The position numbers were made by a program, and so were the translations under genes. A DNA stretch of 63,877 nucleotides, filler included, from Octopus bimaculoides (Eukaryota), in the NCBI RefSeq assembly GCF_001194135.2. It is 8 parts of 7 records of this genome, joined end to end, with 100 filler letters (N's around TTAATTAATTAA, not from the genome) between each part and the next. Parts side by side here need not be neighbours in the genome. Positions count along the whole stretch, not along the records: positions 49,904 to 57,640 come from NC_068996.1; positions 57,741 to 63,877 come from NC_068989.1; 6 more parts are not named here. One strand, given 5' to 3'. The notes below the pieces were generated by a model. The model worked only from the letters and a program-made list of their open reading frames with translations. It was not told the origin of the DNA and did not search any database. Positions 49,961 through 62,545 of this stretch are shown in pieces (position 1 is the stretch's first letter; every line of letters starts with the position of its first letter).

Positions 49961-50729
49961 ATGTAGCAGAGCATTATTTATTTGCATAAACGCTGCTGGC
50001 TCACTCCCTTAGCGACTTGGAGTTTCGCACAATGCATGTCAGATAGGCATTATTGGAGGAAATATGCGTTCCAATAACGTCTGAATGAAAATGCATGATA
50101 CCAACTCTGAGTAGCGAGCAGAGAAATTATTGAGTCATCAACATTATACAAATGTGTGTGTGTATTTTTAAGTACTTGCAGTCATTCAATTGCAGCCATA
50201 CTGAGATTTTCAGCCCATTATGTTTTTTCAGTCTGGTATTTATTAATACTTATCTGTCGAACCAGTAAACTACGGGACAAAAAAGACAAAACATAAGCAC
50301 GACCAGCACCGGTTTGTGAGCGTGCATGTATGGATGGCAATGAATAAAAAGATGGTTATGCATGCTTTCTATTTATAAAATTCAACTTTTACGGAATTTC
50401 TCAACACGATGGTAATAGTGAATGACACAAAATGCCGAGCAGTGGGATCGAACCTAGATTCACGTGTTTGTGAAGCAAACTTCATTATCACAAGACCAAT
50501 ACATAATATATACATACGTACCTATATACATACTATATATAATATATATATATATATATATAATGTAGTATAAATGTGTACGTATTATATATATATGTAA
50601 AATTGTATATGTAATATATCTCAATATAAGTGTATAAATAATGTAATATATATATAAGACTATCTCTCTTTACATGAATGTGTATGTGTACATATAATAT
50701 ATATATATGTGTGTGTGTGTGTGTGTATG

Positions 50730-50789
<60 letters not shown>

Positions 50790-50833
50790 AATATGTATAT
50801 ACAAACTATAATGTAATTATATATATATATATA

Positions 50834-50868
<35 letters not shown>

Positions 50869-51446
50869 ATACATATATATATAGTACCTGCTATAAATAC
50901 ACTGGCGGTGGGTGGTGGTCCGATCTCGTCCGATCCGATAGTTTTGACAATTTTAAAGCAAAGTGGTTTGTGACTAATGTATAGACACATAAATGTCTGA
51001 CTTCATGCTTAGGTATGAAACAACAACTAGTGTGTGACACAGTTGAACTTGTCACATATAGGACGAGGTGGTTGAACTAGATAAAATAAACCCAACGAAT
51101 GAATAGACAAGAAGGGGGTCCTTTGCGTGGGCCTCTACAAGATAGAAGTTGCAGCCAAATTGCCCTCAATACACTTTACAGTAAGAAAAAAAAAACCAGA
51201 CTCACCCAAAACAAAACAAATGTGAAGGCCACATAGAGTAAAGTAGTCCTAGATACAATATATGTATAACAATATATATATATACATTACGCACATACAT
51301 AAATATACATATGTATGCATAGCAATATATATGCTTATATGTGTGTGTGTACATATACATACACGCACATGTCTATATCCGTAAGAAAAAAGGATTTCTT
51401 GTGTGTATATACATATAGGATCGTTTGTAAACCGGCCTACCTCACT

Positions 51447-51483
<37 letters not shown>

Positions 51484-53384
51484 TCACACACACTAGGTGT
51501 GCGAACCGGGGAGAGTGCCTCTACATAAGCTCGAGACATGCAAAGCATAACAGCCAAATCTTTCTGTAATCACAGTCAATACATAATGGACTACCTTTGA
51601 AAATGAATAAATATAAGAAAACAAATGGGATGATCACGACTGTGACCCTCTTTTGATTCTAGCTTTGTTGGAGCAGGTGTAGCCTGGAGTTAAATAACGA
51701 CAATCAACGAGCTCCGCTCAGATGTCTTGTTTGAATGTGTATGTCACTTGTTTGGCCTATGTACCGTTGTAAATTAGTCGTTAGATGCTTGTTCAATTTC
51801 GGAAGAAACATCATTCGGAGTTCAAATAACTCAGCATTAAGAAGTTTTTGTCATGAAATGTGAGGCAGGGTACACAATAGAATATATTCTCATAGTTTAA
51901 ATATTTCAGTACCAAAGCAGTTTAGTTTACTTTCACAATATTGGGCTTTAAACTACTTAATCTGTTATAGTTCAACTCCACGTCAGTTGTGAATAAGTAG
52001 ACCTTACGTTCAAAGTCATTCCACCCGTGACCATCCGTCTTTTAATGCACTAGGGACTACACGGTGTCCGTTCTTACAGAAAACAGTAACGATTTATTAC
52101 ATATTGAAGGGTAGTGAATTTCAATAAGCAAAATGAGTGTATGTGTTAAGAAACAACGTTCCCCCAAACACTTAATACATCTTGCTTCTTGCAAAAAGAA
52201 TTGTTGAAAGTAAAGTGGTATTAAAGATTATTAACATCAACCCCAGAATATAACGGATGCTTGATTTATCGACTAATCGGTGAAAATTTAGTCATTGAAT
52301 AGAAAATTATTTGATAGTCATGAAATTAAACCTATCATTTGAGTTAGTGATATATATATATATATGGGTTAACTGGATTTGGGGGAGAAAAACTAGGCGT
52401 TGAAACTGTAACTTAGTAGTAGTAATTGTAATGGTTTGATGACAGGTTGGCATCTATGTCGATCATATAAAGTTTGGCTCTTATGGAGCCGCAGCTTTTA
52501 TATAGTTTGCCAAAGATAGAACTAGACATGCAACCCACCAAGGAAATCTCTAGTTTGCGGGGTCACACAACATGCTAGAAATAACTCAACCTTTCACTAC
52601 AAAGGTGTTAAATAATGCGATCCAAAGGACTACAATTTAATATATATTTGTGTGTGTGTGTGTATAATACTATATATGAGTCACTCAAGTCGCTAGAAAT
52701 AGCGAGGGAATCTCCCTCCAGATCACACTGTCTTAAAATATGAAGGGCACATTGGGTACCGTAATACACACACAAGCTAGAGAGCGACGGGGGCTCTAAA
52801 CAGTTGCTCAGTTTGCTGAAAATAGTAGACAAATTTCTCTAAAAACCACCACTACCCATTTTCATGCAGAAAAAACATTAGAAAGATTAAATGAATAAAA
52901 GACAGTATAGTCACGGCTGGAACGCCCTTGATCGTAAGTCTGCTCGGTCAGAGCCTGAAATGGAACTAAACAACTAGATAAACTATATACAAAGTTATAT
53001 TATATATATTATACACTAGATATTGTATAGTCGTGATTCGAACGACTTAGATTATAGTTCTATTGGATCAATGCTGACCTAGGGCTAAGTAGCAATAACT
53101 ACACATAGATAAACAAAGTCGAACAAATAAATAGAAGATGAGTGACAGAGAAAAGGAGACGAATAGGAAAGCCGACAGAGGACAGATACAGAGAGTGAGT
53201 GTGTGTGAGAGATTTGCAACTTTCGTAAGGTCTAGAAAGATAAATGATCAAAATTGCAAACACACCTCTTCGATAAACGATGTTTGATTGTCCCGTTGGT
53301 ATGCCGACAGGGGTTTAAGAACAAAGACTTTTTCCGCGTGTACATGTGTTTTCCGTCTATGAATATATTTGTCGTGGAACCAAG

Positions 53385-53570
53385 CTAGTCAAGTCGAGCC
53401 AAGACAAGCCAGCCAAGCTAGACAAGCTAGCCAAGCTAAGCTAAGCCAAGTTAAAAGCTAATCAAGCCAAACAAGCTAGACAAGCTCTAATCTAAGCCAA
53501 GCTAGTTAAGCAAGCAAGCTAGTCAAAGCAAAGCCAAACGAAGCTTAGTTGAACCCAGCCAAGTCAGTAA
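53385..53570. repeat. Degenerate (AAGCT/AAGCC/AAGCTAG) minisatellite
   Basis: About 25 AAGC-core units, read directly. Confidence 0.85.
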
Positions 53571-53626
53571 AAGTCATAGCTTTACAGAGCCGAGAAACCA
53601 TGATAAAAGAGAACAAAGTTCGAAGC

Positions 53627-53690
53627 CATGTCGGTTTACACCGGAAGTTGTTGTAAGAGGCGTGGGGCGAGCGCAAGGGGGAGAAATATG
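53627..53690 (-). promoter_or_regulatory. Candidate housekeeping-type promoter and start region
   Basis: ACCGGAAGT (ETS/GABP consensus) is at 53640-53648, GC-rich GGGGCG lies upstream, and a minus-strand ATG in the context AACCGACATGGC is at 53629. Confidence 0.3.
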
Positions 53691-54273
53691 TTTGAAATGT
53701 AGTCACTATACCTACTCTCTCTCTCTTTCTACCGATGTATATGTCTCTGTCTACCTTCCTCACTTTCTCTCCTTCTTTCCATCTATCAACAATTATTAGT
53801 ACACATGCACACCATCCATATATCTATATATAACGAGAAACTCGAAATATCGAACGAATTGAGACGTTTGAGTTTCCATCCAATAAATTATATCACTCCA
53901 CTTTCAGTATTGTGTACCGTTATTTCATACTCATGTTTACACTTACGTGAATCTCTGTCTTTCTGTCTGTCCGTCTCATACACACACACACACGTGTGTG
54001 TGTGAGAGAGAGAGATAAAATTATATGTATATATGTTTATGAATTTGTGTTGCAAGATTCTCGATGTGAAACCATGTGTTGAAACAGAATGGACTAAGCG
54101 GAGCAGGAGCACACACGAGGACGGAAAGAGTCGTTGAAGAGGTCACAGATGTGTGACGAAAGATTTCCGGGCAATGGACATGAGTTAAAAATAAGAACAG
54201 TAATAAATGAGTGAGGAACGAATATATAGTGCGTGTGTTTATTTGGCAAAAAAAAAAATTACCGTCCCGAAAT

Positions 54274-54315
<42 letters not shown>

Positions 54316-54657
54316 AGGGAGATAGAGAGAGGTGTAAGGTTGATTTACAGCATGTATTTTTAGTAAACACATTTAGCCTCACTGTGAGATGTAGATATTT
54401 TGGTTAAGCCACGTTTTCCACACTGACCAGAAAAAGGATTAGTTTCAGCTTTTTTAACTACTTCATCAGGGATCGATTAACTATTTTTTTTTCCTGACTG
54501 CAAAGCATAGTGACATATATATTTATATTGCACATGAACTCAGATGCATCTAAATTAGCCTACCCCAATTTGTATAGCAGTTAATCGTTGCAACATGAAT
54601 TAATTACTAGAAGCACTACATTGCTTTTGTGCTGTGGTATATATATGTATGTATGTA

Positions 54658-54765
<108 letters not shown>

Positions 54766-55708
54766 TATATATNNNNNNNNNNNNNNNNNNNNNNNNNNNN
54801 NNNNNNNNNNNNNNNNNNNNNNNNNNNNNNNNNNNNNNNNNNNNNNNNNNNNNNNNNNNNNNNNNNNNNNNNNNNNNNNNNNNNNNNNNNNNNNNNNNNN
54901 NNNNNNNNNNNNNNNNNNNNNNNNNNNNNNNNNNNNNNNNNNNNNNNNNNNNNNNNNNNNNNNNNNNNNNNNNNNNNNNNNNNNNNNNNNNNNNNNNNNN
55001 NNNNNNNNNNNNNNNNNNNNNNNNNNNNNNNNNNNNNNNNNNNNNNNNNNNNNNNNNNNNNNNNNNNNNNNNNNNNNNNNNNNNNNNNNNNNNNNNNNNN
55101 NNNNNNNNNNNNNNNNNNNNNNNNNNNNNNNNNNNNNNNNNNNNNNNNNNNNNNNNNNNNNNNNNNNNNNNNNNNNNNNNNNNNNNNNNNNNNNNNNNNN
55201 NNNNNNNNNNNNNNNNNNNNNNNNNNNNNNNNNNNNNNNNNNNNNNNNNNNNNNNNNNNNNNNNNNNNNNNNNNNNNNNNNNNNNNNNNNNNNNNNNNNN
55301 NNNNNNNNNNNNNNNNNNNNNNNNNNNNNNNNNNNNNNNNNNNNNNNNNNNNNNNNNNNNNNNNNNNNNNNNNNNNNNNNNNNNNNNNNNNNNNNNNNNN
55401 NNNNNNNNNNNNNNNNNNNNNNNNNNNNNNNNNNNNNNNNNNNNNNNNNNNNNNNNNNNNNNNNNNNNNNNNNNNNNNNNNNNNNNNNNNNNNNNNNNNN
55501 NNNNNNNNNNNNNNNNNNNNNNNNNNNNNNNNNNNNNNNNNNNNNNNNNNNNNNNNNNNNNNNNNNNNNNNNNNNNNNNNNNNNNNNNNNNNNNNNNNNN
55601 NNNNNNNNNNNNNNNNNNNNNNNNNNNNNNNNNNNNNNNNNNNNNNNNNNNNNNNNNNNNNNNNNNNNNNNNNNNNNNNNNNNNNNNNNNNNNNNNNNNN
55701 NNNNNNNN

Positions 55709-56742
55709 ACGCGTAAGCTCGCAAGGAATGAAGCCAGTGTGCTCCGATGGATGTGTAATGTAAGTGTGCATACTTGACAGAGTGTAAGTACCTTGAGAGA
55801 AAAGTTTGACCTAAGAAGCATCAGTTGTGGTATGCAAGAGAGACGATTGCGCTGGTATGGTCATGTGGTGAGAATGGATGAGGATAGCTGTGTGAAAAAG
55901 TGTCACACCCTAGCAGTTGAGGGAACCTGTCGAAGAGGTAGACTCAGGAAGACCTGGGATGAGGTGGTGAAGCACAACCTTCGAACATTAGGCCTCACCG
56001 AGGCAATGACTTGTAACTGAGACCTTTGGAAATATGCAGTATGTGAGAAGACTCAGCAAGCCAAGTGAGACCATAATCCGAAGCTTCTGCCAGGGGTGTA
56101 GCCAGCCCACTTATGTGTACCTTTCCTTCATTGGACACTAAACTCTGTTTGCGAAGACCTGTTGAGGCAAATGAAATCGATCCAAATTCGACGACTGGCA
56201 CCCATGCCAACCTCTCCTTCATTGGACACTAAACTCGGCTTGCGAAGACCTGTTGGGGCAAGTGAAATCGAAATTGTGATTGAACTAAATTCGATGACTG
56301 GCAATTGTGCCAGTAGAGTGCTAAGAGCACCGTCCGTGCATGATCATTGCCAGAGCAGCTGTCTGACTTCCATTCCAGTGGCACGTAAATAGCACCATTT
56401 GAGCGTGATTGTTACCAGCATCGCCTTACTGGCACATGAAAAACCGTTTGAGCGAGATCGTTGCCAGTGCCACTGGACTGGCTCCTTTGCAGGTGGCACG
56501 TAAAAGACACCATTTTGAGTGTGGCCGTTGCCAGTACCGCCTGACTGGCCTTCGTGCCGGTGGCATGTAAAAGCACCCACTACACTCTCGGAGTGGTTGG
56601 TGTTAGGAAGGGCATCCAGCAGTAGAAATTCTGCCGGATCAGATTGGAGCCTGGTGCAGCCATCTGGTTCGCCAGTCCTCAGTCAAATCATCCAACCCAT
56701 GCTAGCATGGAAGGCGGACGTTAAACGATGATGATGATGATG
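55709..56742 (+). mobile_element. RTE/RTEX LINE 3' fragment with complete 3' UTR and (GAT)n tail
   Basis: RKLARNEASVLRWMC..QERRLRWYGHVVRMDE..KTWDEVVK. It terminates GCATGGAAGGCGGACGTTAAACGATGATGATGATGA. Confidence 0.92.
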
Positions 56743-56789
56743 ATATATATATATATATATTTATATTTTGCTTGTTGTTGATGTCCTGG

Positions 56790-57285
56790 TGTGGTGACTC
56801 TAAAAAGAGGTAAAGTCCAACAAGTAGATGGTGTGAAGTTGTCCATGGAAGAGATAATGAAGAGAATAGACAAAGAAGGATAAAGGAATCTGGGTGTAAT
56901 GGAAGTTGGTGAATTGATGGAAAGTCAAATGAATTCTCTCAGGCATAGTATGGAAGGCTGAAATTAATTTTGAAAACTAAACTGAATTGGAGGAATAAGT
57001 CCCAAGCAATAAACTCATGGGCAGTTGCTCCCTTGAATATAGGAGTGTAACAATGGAGAACAGAAGAATTACAATCCTTGGATAAGAAAACAAGAAAACT
57101 ATTAACAATACACAGTGCATTCCATCCAAAATGTGATGTCTTGGTATGCTTTAAAGGAAAGCAAGGAGGGTTGGGATTGATAAGTTGTGAGGATTGTATT
57201 CAGACAGGGAAAACTATATTACTTGGTATGCTAAGAATGCAAAAGAATCCTTACTTGTACAAGTAAAGAAGTTGAACTATTATGT
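56790..57285 (+). mobile_element. R4/Dong-clade (restriction-like endonuclease group) LINE remnant
   Basis: LKRGKVQQVDGV, RLKLILKTKLNWRNK.QAINSWAV, EELQSLDKKTRKLLTIHSAFHPKCDV and GGLGLISCEDC. Confidence 0.75.
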
Positions 57286-57369
57286 TCTGAAGCATATGTA
57301 TATTGAGTTCTACGCCAGGTTATTTGTTTCACAATGCCAAAGCGAAATATTTATATATATTCTTTTATT

Positions 57370-57570
57370 CTTTTACTTTTTTCGGACATTTAACTGCAAC
57401 CATGCTAGAGTACCGCCTTAAAGGGTTTTAGTCGAAGAAATTGATCCCAGGACTTATTCTTTGTAAGCCTAATACTTATTCTAATGGCCTCTTTTGCTGA
57501 ACCACTAGATTATGGGGACCTAAACACACCAGTATCGGTTGTCAAGTGATGGTGTTGGGGAATAAACACA
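57370..57570 (-). mobile_element. Family-A SINE, 3' half
   Basis: GATCCCAGGACTTATTCTTTGTAAGCCTAATACTTATTC..AAACACACCAGTATCGGTTGTCAAG. Confidence 0.8.
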
Positions 57571-57583
57571 GACACACACACAA

Positions 57584-57625
<42 letters not shown>

Positions 57626-57759
57626 AATAATATATATATANNNNNNNNNNNNNNNNNNNNNNNNNNNNNNNNNNNNNNNNNNNNTTAATTAATTAANNNN
57701 NNNNNNNNNNNNNNNNNNNNNNNNNNNNNNNNNNNNNNNNTATATATATATATATATAA

Positions 57760-57802
<43 letters not shown>

Positions 57803-59090
57803 TATATATATATACAGCATAGATGGCTTAGGCAAATTTTATAGACGCAACTAAAGTGGCAGAGGGTACTAAATAGTACCAGGATTGCTAAAAATAAGAG
57901 TCAAAACAACTCAATAGCCACAGAAGCAATATCTCAATGACTGACAGGGATATATGTTCCCTAGCGGACATAGCCAGATCACCGGTGATTTCGAATTTTG
58001 ATGTACAGCATCTTAATTCTCATTGGTGGCTCCTACCGAGGGTTAAACCCAGCTTACCTTGTCAGCTTATAAGAAAGCCGTTGAACTCATACGCCGATTT
58101 CAAAAACGGTAAAAGGAAAACTACAAATAATATGGGTGGCTTGTTAGCAATTTAACAATCTGAAGGTTATATACGCAACCATTGACACTTCAGAAAAGCA
58201 AGGACCATTGTAATAACAAGGTGAAGAGACAACGCGGAAACAATAAGAAACAATGTTTCCGCCAGCCAATGCTTGTAGCGTGCTGGCGAGCGTGTTTTTC
58301 GCAATATTTACGTTACTGATTGTTGCACGTGTATACAAACCAACATGGTTAGCTGCCGTATTGGTAGCGACCAAATTTTTTCACTTAAACATTTCGTAAA
58401 GCTCAAGTTTAAAGATTACATTTTTTTCTAATGCTTATGCATTTATTTAGTTATTTTATTTTTTATATTTAACTTTCCTCGGGGGCGACATTAGGACCTG
58501 ATTATCTGGAGTAAGTTTGTTGTTGTTGCTGTTGTTTAATAGCAGGTCGGCGTTGATTGAACAGATAGTAATAATGATTTCAAATTTTGGCACAGGACCA
58601 GCAATTTCAGGGACGAGGGTATGTCAATTACATCGACCGCAGTGATCAACTGGTACTTTTTTTATCGATCACTCAAGGTTGAGAGGTAAAGTCGACCTGG
58701 GCGGAATTTAATCTAAGAAGCATGTTCCCGTCATGCTAATAATTCAGTCATTGAGCAGATATGTATGAAAATAAAGAATTCAAGTCGTAGCCATCCAATC
58801 TTTTTTTATATGTCAATAGCTACATTTTTTAACGTGTCCTATTTATGTGACATAAAGCGGAATTTGATGAAGATTAGACAACTATTTCTAGCAAATAAAA
58901 CGATGCTGTGGAAGTTTCTTAGATGGCTTGTTTCGAGTAGGGTAATTGCAAGAAGTGTATCGTACATAAGTAGCGTTAATTTACTGAATAATCACAACTA
59001 ATAATAATAATAGTATTGCTGTCTAGGAACCTAGTTTCTTCCTTTCTGACCCTATCCAAATCTGAATATTGCTTTTAGCTTTTTAAAGTA

Positions 59091-59306
59091 CGAGTGTGTG
59101 TTGAAAAGTTCCTGGCATTAAGGGTATCGCAAACGGCCTGATTGCAGGCCCAAACACCCGAGTTCTTTTACTGGGCTCAGAAATACTGAAAGACCGCTGC
59201 AATAAGTGTGTGAATCTGAGAGGGGAACATGTTGAATAAAATCATAATTAACTTACTGTCCTGTATTTTCTTTTACCTAAAGCCAAGAACTTTTCAGCAC
59301 CCCTCC
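59091..59306 (+). mobile_element. Mariner-derived MITE with TA TSDs
   Basis: The TIRs are CGAGTGTGTGTTGAAAAGTTCCTGGC and GCCAAGAACTTTTCAGCACCCCTCC, each flanked by TA. The interior retains the transposase C-terminus RCNKCVNLRGEHVE*. Confidence 0.85.
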
Positions 59307-59709
59307 TATATATTATACTTTTCAACAGATGTTGGTCCACTGTTACTATTTGTGTTGCATTAGGTACACAATACTTTATAGATTTATCCGACATGTTTCT
59401 ATTATGTTACATGTAATCTGTTCATACGTGCACATACAAATACAGATGTGTGTGAGTCCATGTAGATAAGGAACAACTGCGACACATGTTCAATTTTGAC
59501 CTGTTTTATTAATGATTTTTTCTGTTACATTATAAATCTTGTATGTTTAGACCAGAATAGTAACGGTTTTTAATCCCAAGTCGTGAATTATGGAACTTTC
59601 ATAATTTCCTTTTCAAATAAAATTGATATTAATGATGTGTTGTTCGAGATTCTGTGCAACAAGTTGAAAAGGGTCTCGCGAATGTGTATGGATGTGTGTG
59701 TATGTACAT

Positions 59710-59710
<1 letters not shown>

Positions 59711-59791
<81 letters not shown>
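59711..59791. repeat. (TG)n microsatellite
   Basis: Read directly. Confidence 0.97.
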
Positions 59792-59793
<2 letters not shown>

Positions 59794-60009
59794 TTATGTA
59801 TGTGTGTGCGTGTGTGCGTGCGTATATATTTTAACAGTGACTCAAAATAGTGACTCAAATTTTCACAGAAGCGAGAAAAATCATCCAGACAAATTGTTTT
59901 TAAGTGATACGAATCTAACTCAAATAGTTTATACATGTAAACAAAAACTCAACGAAACTAGTTGACTGTTATTTTGTTATATAACTTATATCTATCATCC
60001 TTTTATTTT

Positions 60010-60219
60010 TTTAGTTGTTTTAGTCATTTGACTTAAAACACCGACTCAAAGTGTTTTAGTCGGGGAAATCCACCCCAGGACTTATTTTTGTCAGCCTAGT
60101 ACTTATTCTATCGGTCTCTTTTGCCAAACCGCTAAGTTACGGGGACATAAACATACCAGCATCGGTTGTCAAGTGAAGGTAAGTTGACAAACAAACAAAC
60201 ACACACACACACACACACA

Positions 60220-60256
<37 letters not shown>

Positions 60257-60330
60257 CGGGCTTCTTTCAGTTTCTGTCTACCAAATCCACTAACAAGACT
60301 TTGGCGAGCCTGAGGCTATAGTAGAAGACA
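60010..60330 (-). mobile_element. Family-A SINE, head truncated
   Basis: Collinear with 9912-10230. Confidence 0.85.
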
Positions 60331-61559
60331 TTCTCCCCACTCATCAGTCATGATTAAGGACGACGAGATATTCTTCGACGCCCCGACGGACGTACGTGGT
60401 GTATGTGCGACGAAGACAAACACGAATACTTCACGGAATCAGACAAGCGAAAGTACGTGTCTGAGAAAGTGTAGAAATATAAAACAAAGAAACTATAATC
60501 AAAGAAATGTACAATGAAGATAAACATGTCAAAGGAAGAAAGATAAGACAAGACAATCTCAAGCTTCGAGTGATACTCATTATCAAAGTGAAAAAGGCCA
60601 TTAAGAAAGGAAAACGAAGAGAAGCGGATCTATAATTAGTTTCAAGCATAGATATTAGACCCATTTAAATTCGTTTAGTAATGTAGAGTACAGTAAGTCT
60701 ACCTCTCTAACTAATCACATGCATTACCTTAAGGAAAAGAAAATCCCCTAAAATATATCCTGGTCCATAATTGATTTCGGTCTTCAATATCAGGGCCAGC
60801 GCACTGCTTGTAGGCCATGCCTAAAATAATCCTTACACATATTGTTACATAACCTTACACAGTTACTTAATAAGCAGCACGAAGCATTTTCTACATGCAC
60901 ACACAAATTGTCCTTCAAATTTTTCCATTGGTCAAAGTACAAAAAAACTAACACTTTTGGTTATCACTAACATCTGAGACATTTTGCCTAACCGACACTT
61001 CCACATGCATAACCGTTCATTAGATGAACTAGCAGAAAGACCGCCATCCGGGCTGTTTTCTGCTAGCCACTCGATAATATTTCCACATTTGATTCCAAAT
61101 TCTAATAATTTTAATGATATTTTACGTTTAATTATTTCTTTGTATAATAGTGCTCACTTGCTTAGTAAATATTGCTTTCATTATTTTATCACTCATAATC
61201 TCATTTTTAAAGAGTCAATCTGTTATATGTATCTACCATTAATAATTGGCAGAACTTACATAGGTGTGCAGAGATAGATGGATGGATGGAGACACACACA
61301 CACACAAGTCTAGTTCTGTGAGAACACATAGGAATGACGTTTCCTTACTTTTTCAAATATACCCAAATTTAAAATGATCTAATAAAACGATATCATTCAT
61401 TCGGCATGTGTTGAAATATGCCAAAACAATTGAATTCCACACAAATATATGATACTTTACATATAATTTATGTGTTAATTCTATTTACTGAAACTTGCTA
61501 AAAAGCATATTTTGCTTTAAAGTAGTAACTCTTTGTAGACACAATTGTCAATAATCATA

Positions 61560-62545
61560 CCGTTTCCATTTCTCTCAGCCAATGTTTTTATATTAGCCTT
61601 CTTTCGAATTCTAGATATGTAACATACAGCTGATCATGTGACAAGAATTGCCTCGGGAGATATATTCCAATTTGTTCCTGTGCCTGACAGGAAAATTTTT
61701 TGCGTGTAAATGTAAATGGAAATTCCATTTCTTGAGATACATGTGGTATTTTGGGGATTACCAGAGTTGATCCTGCATAAGAACCAGAAGCAACTTCAAC
61801 CTCAATAACATGATCATCTAAACTGACAATGATGTAGCATGTGCCTTTGTAATGTCCATTAATAGCATCTAAATTTCTCAGAAGCATTATGCATAATTTT
61901 TTCTTCAGTTCGAGAATAGTGTACTTTTGTTGATGAACTCGATTGGGTACAGAGTTTCATTATCAACTGTATCTGAGCTTCTGTATATGTTTAGCTCACC
62001 AGGGATCCTGGTCAACAGAAAATCATTCATAAATTGTGCTGCTTCATTTGTTGGAGTAACGATGGTTCTATTTGCAAGCCACACAGGGTTTGTGAAATTA
62101 TCCTGGTCAGCATATACAAAATCGCATAGATCTGAAAGAGTACCACTTTCAAGGCAAGGATCATTGGGTAGTTTGATTTTGAATTCACCTAGGCTTTGTT
62201 CAACAGAAATGTTACCACTTCCTGCATCAAGAAGATAATTAATAAACTCTCTTTCATCGGAATGACCTTCTGTAAGTCTTAGATTGGTTGTCAACTCCAC
62301 TACTTCCACATGATGGCAAAGAAAAGATCACTTTAGTGTTGAATCAACAATTTGTGATCTGACACCATTATTTTGAAATAGAATATTCTCCTCTTGAGAT
62401 ACCCTAACCAGTCGCTCATGTGTAGCTGAAACAGAATCTGTTTCAGTCGCTTTGCCCTGGTTTCATCTGATTCAGTTGCCCGTCTTTCTCTCTGCCGTTG
62501 TGCCCTTTGCTGCTAATTTTTCTTTTTCAGTCGCATATTATATAT
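61560..62545 (-). mobile_element. Helitron PIF1-like helicase remnant
   Basis: Motifs include LTTNLRL..EFINYLLDAGSG, LCDFVY, RTIVTPTN, YRSSDTV..YPIEFIN, MLLRNLD..GT, IPKIP..FPF.F.R and IGIYLP..FLSH.QLYV. Confidence 0.9.

Noticed and set aside
50890-51018. TATAAA box and downstream donor-like TAG|GTATGA
   Set aside because: Such motifs are common by chance in AT-rich DNA.
59827-59846. Tandem AP-1-like TGACTCA sites
   Set aside because: They are explained by a short local duplication, and there is no evidence of function.
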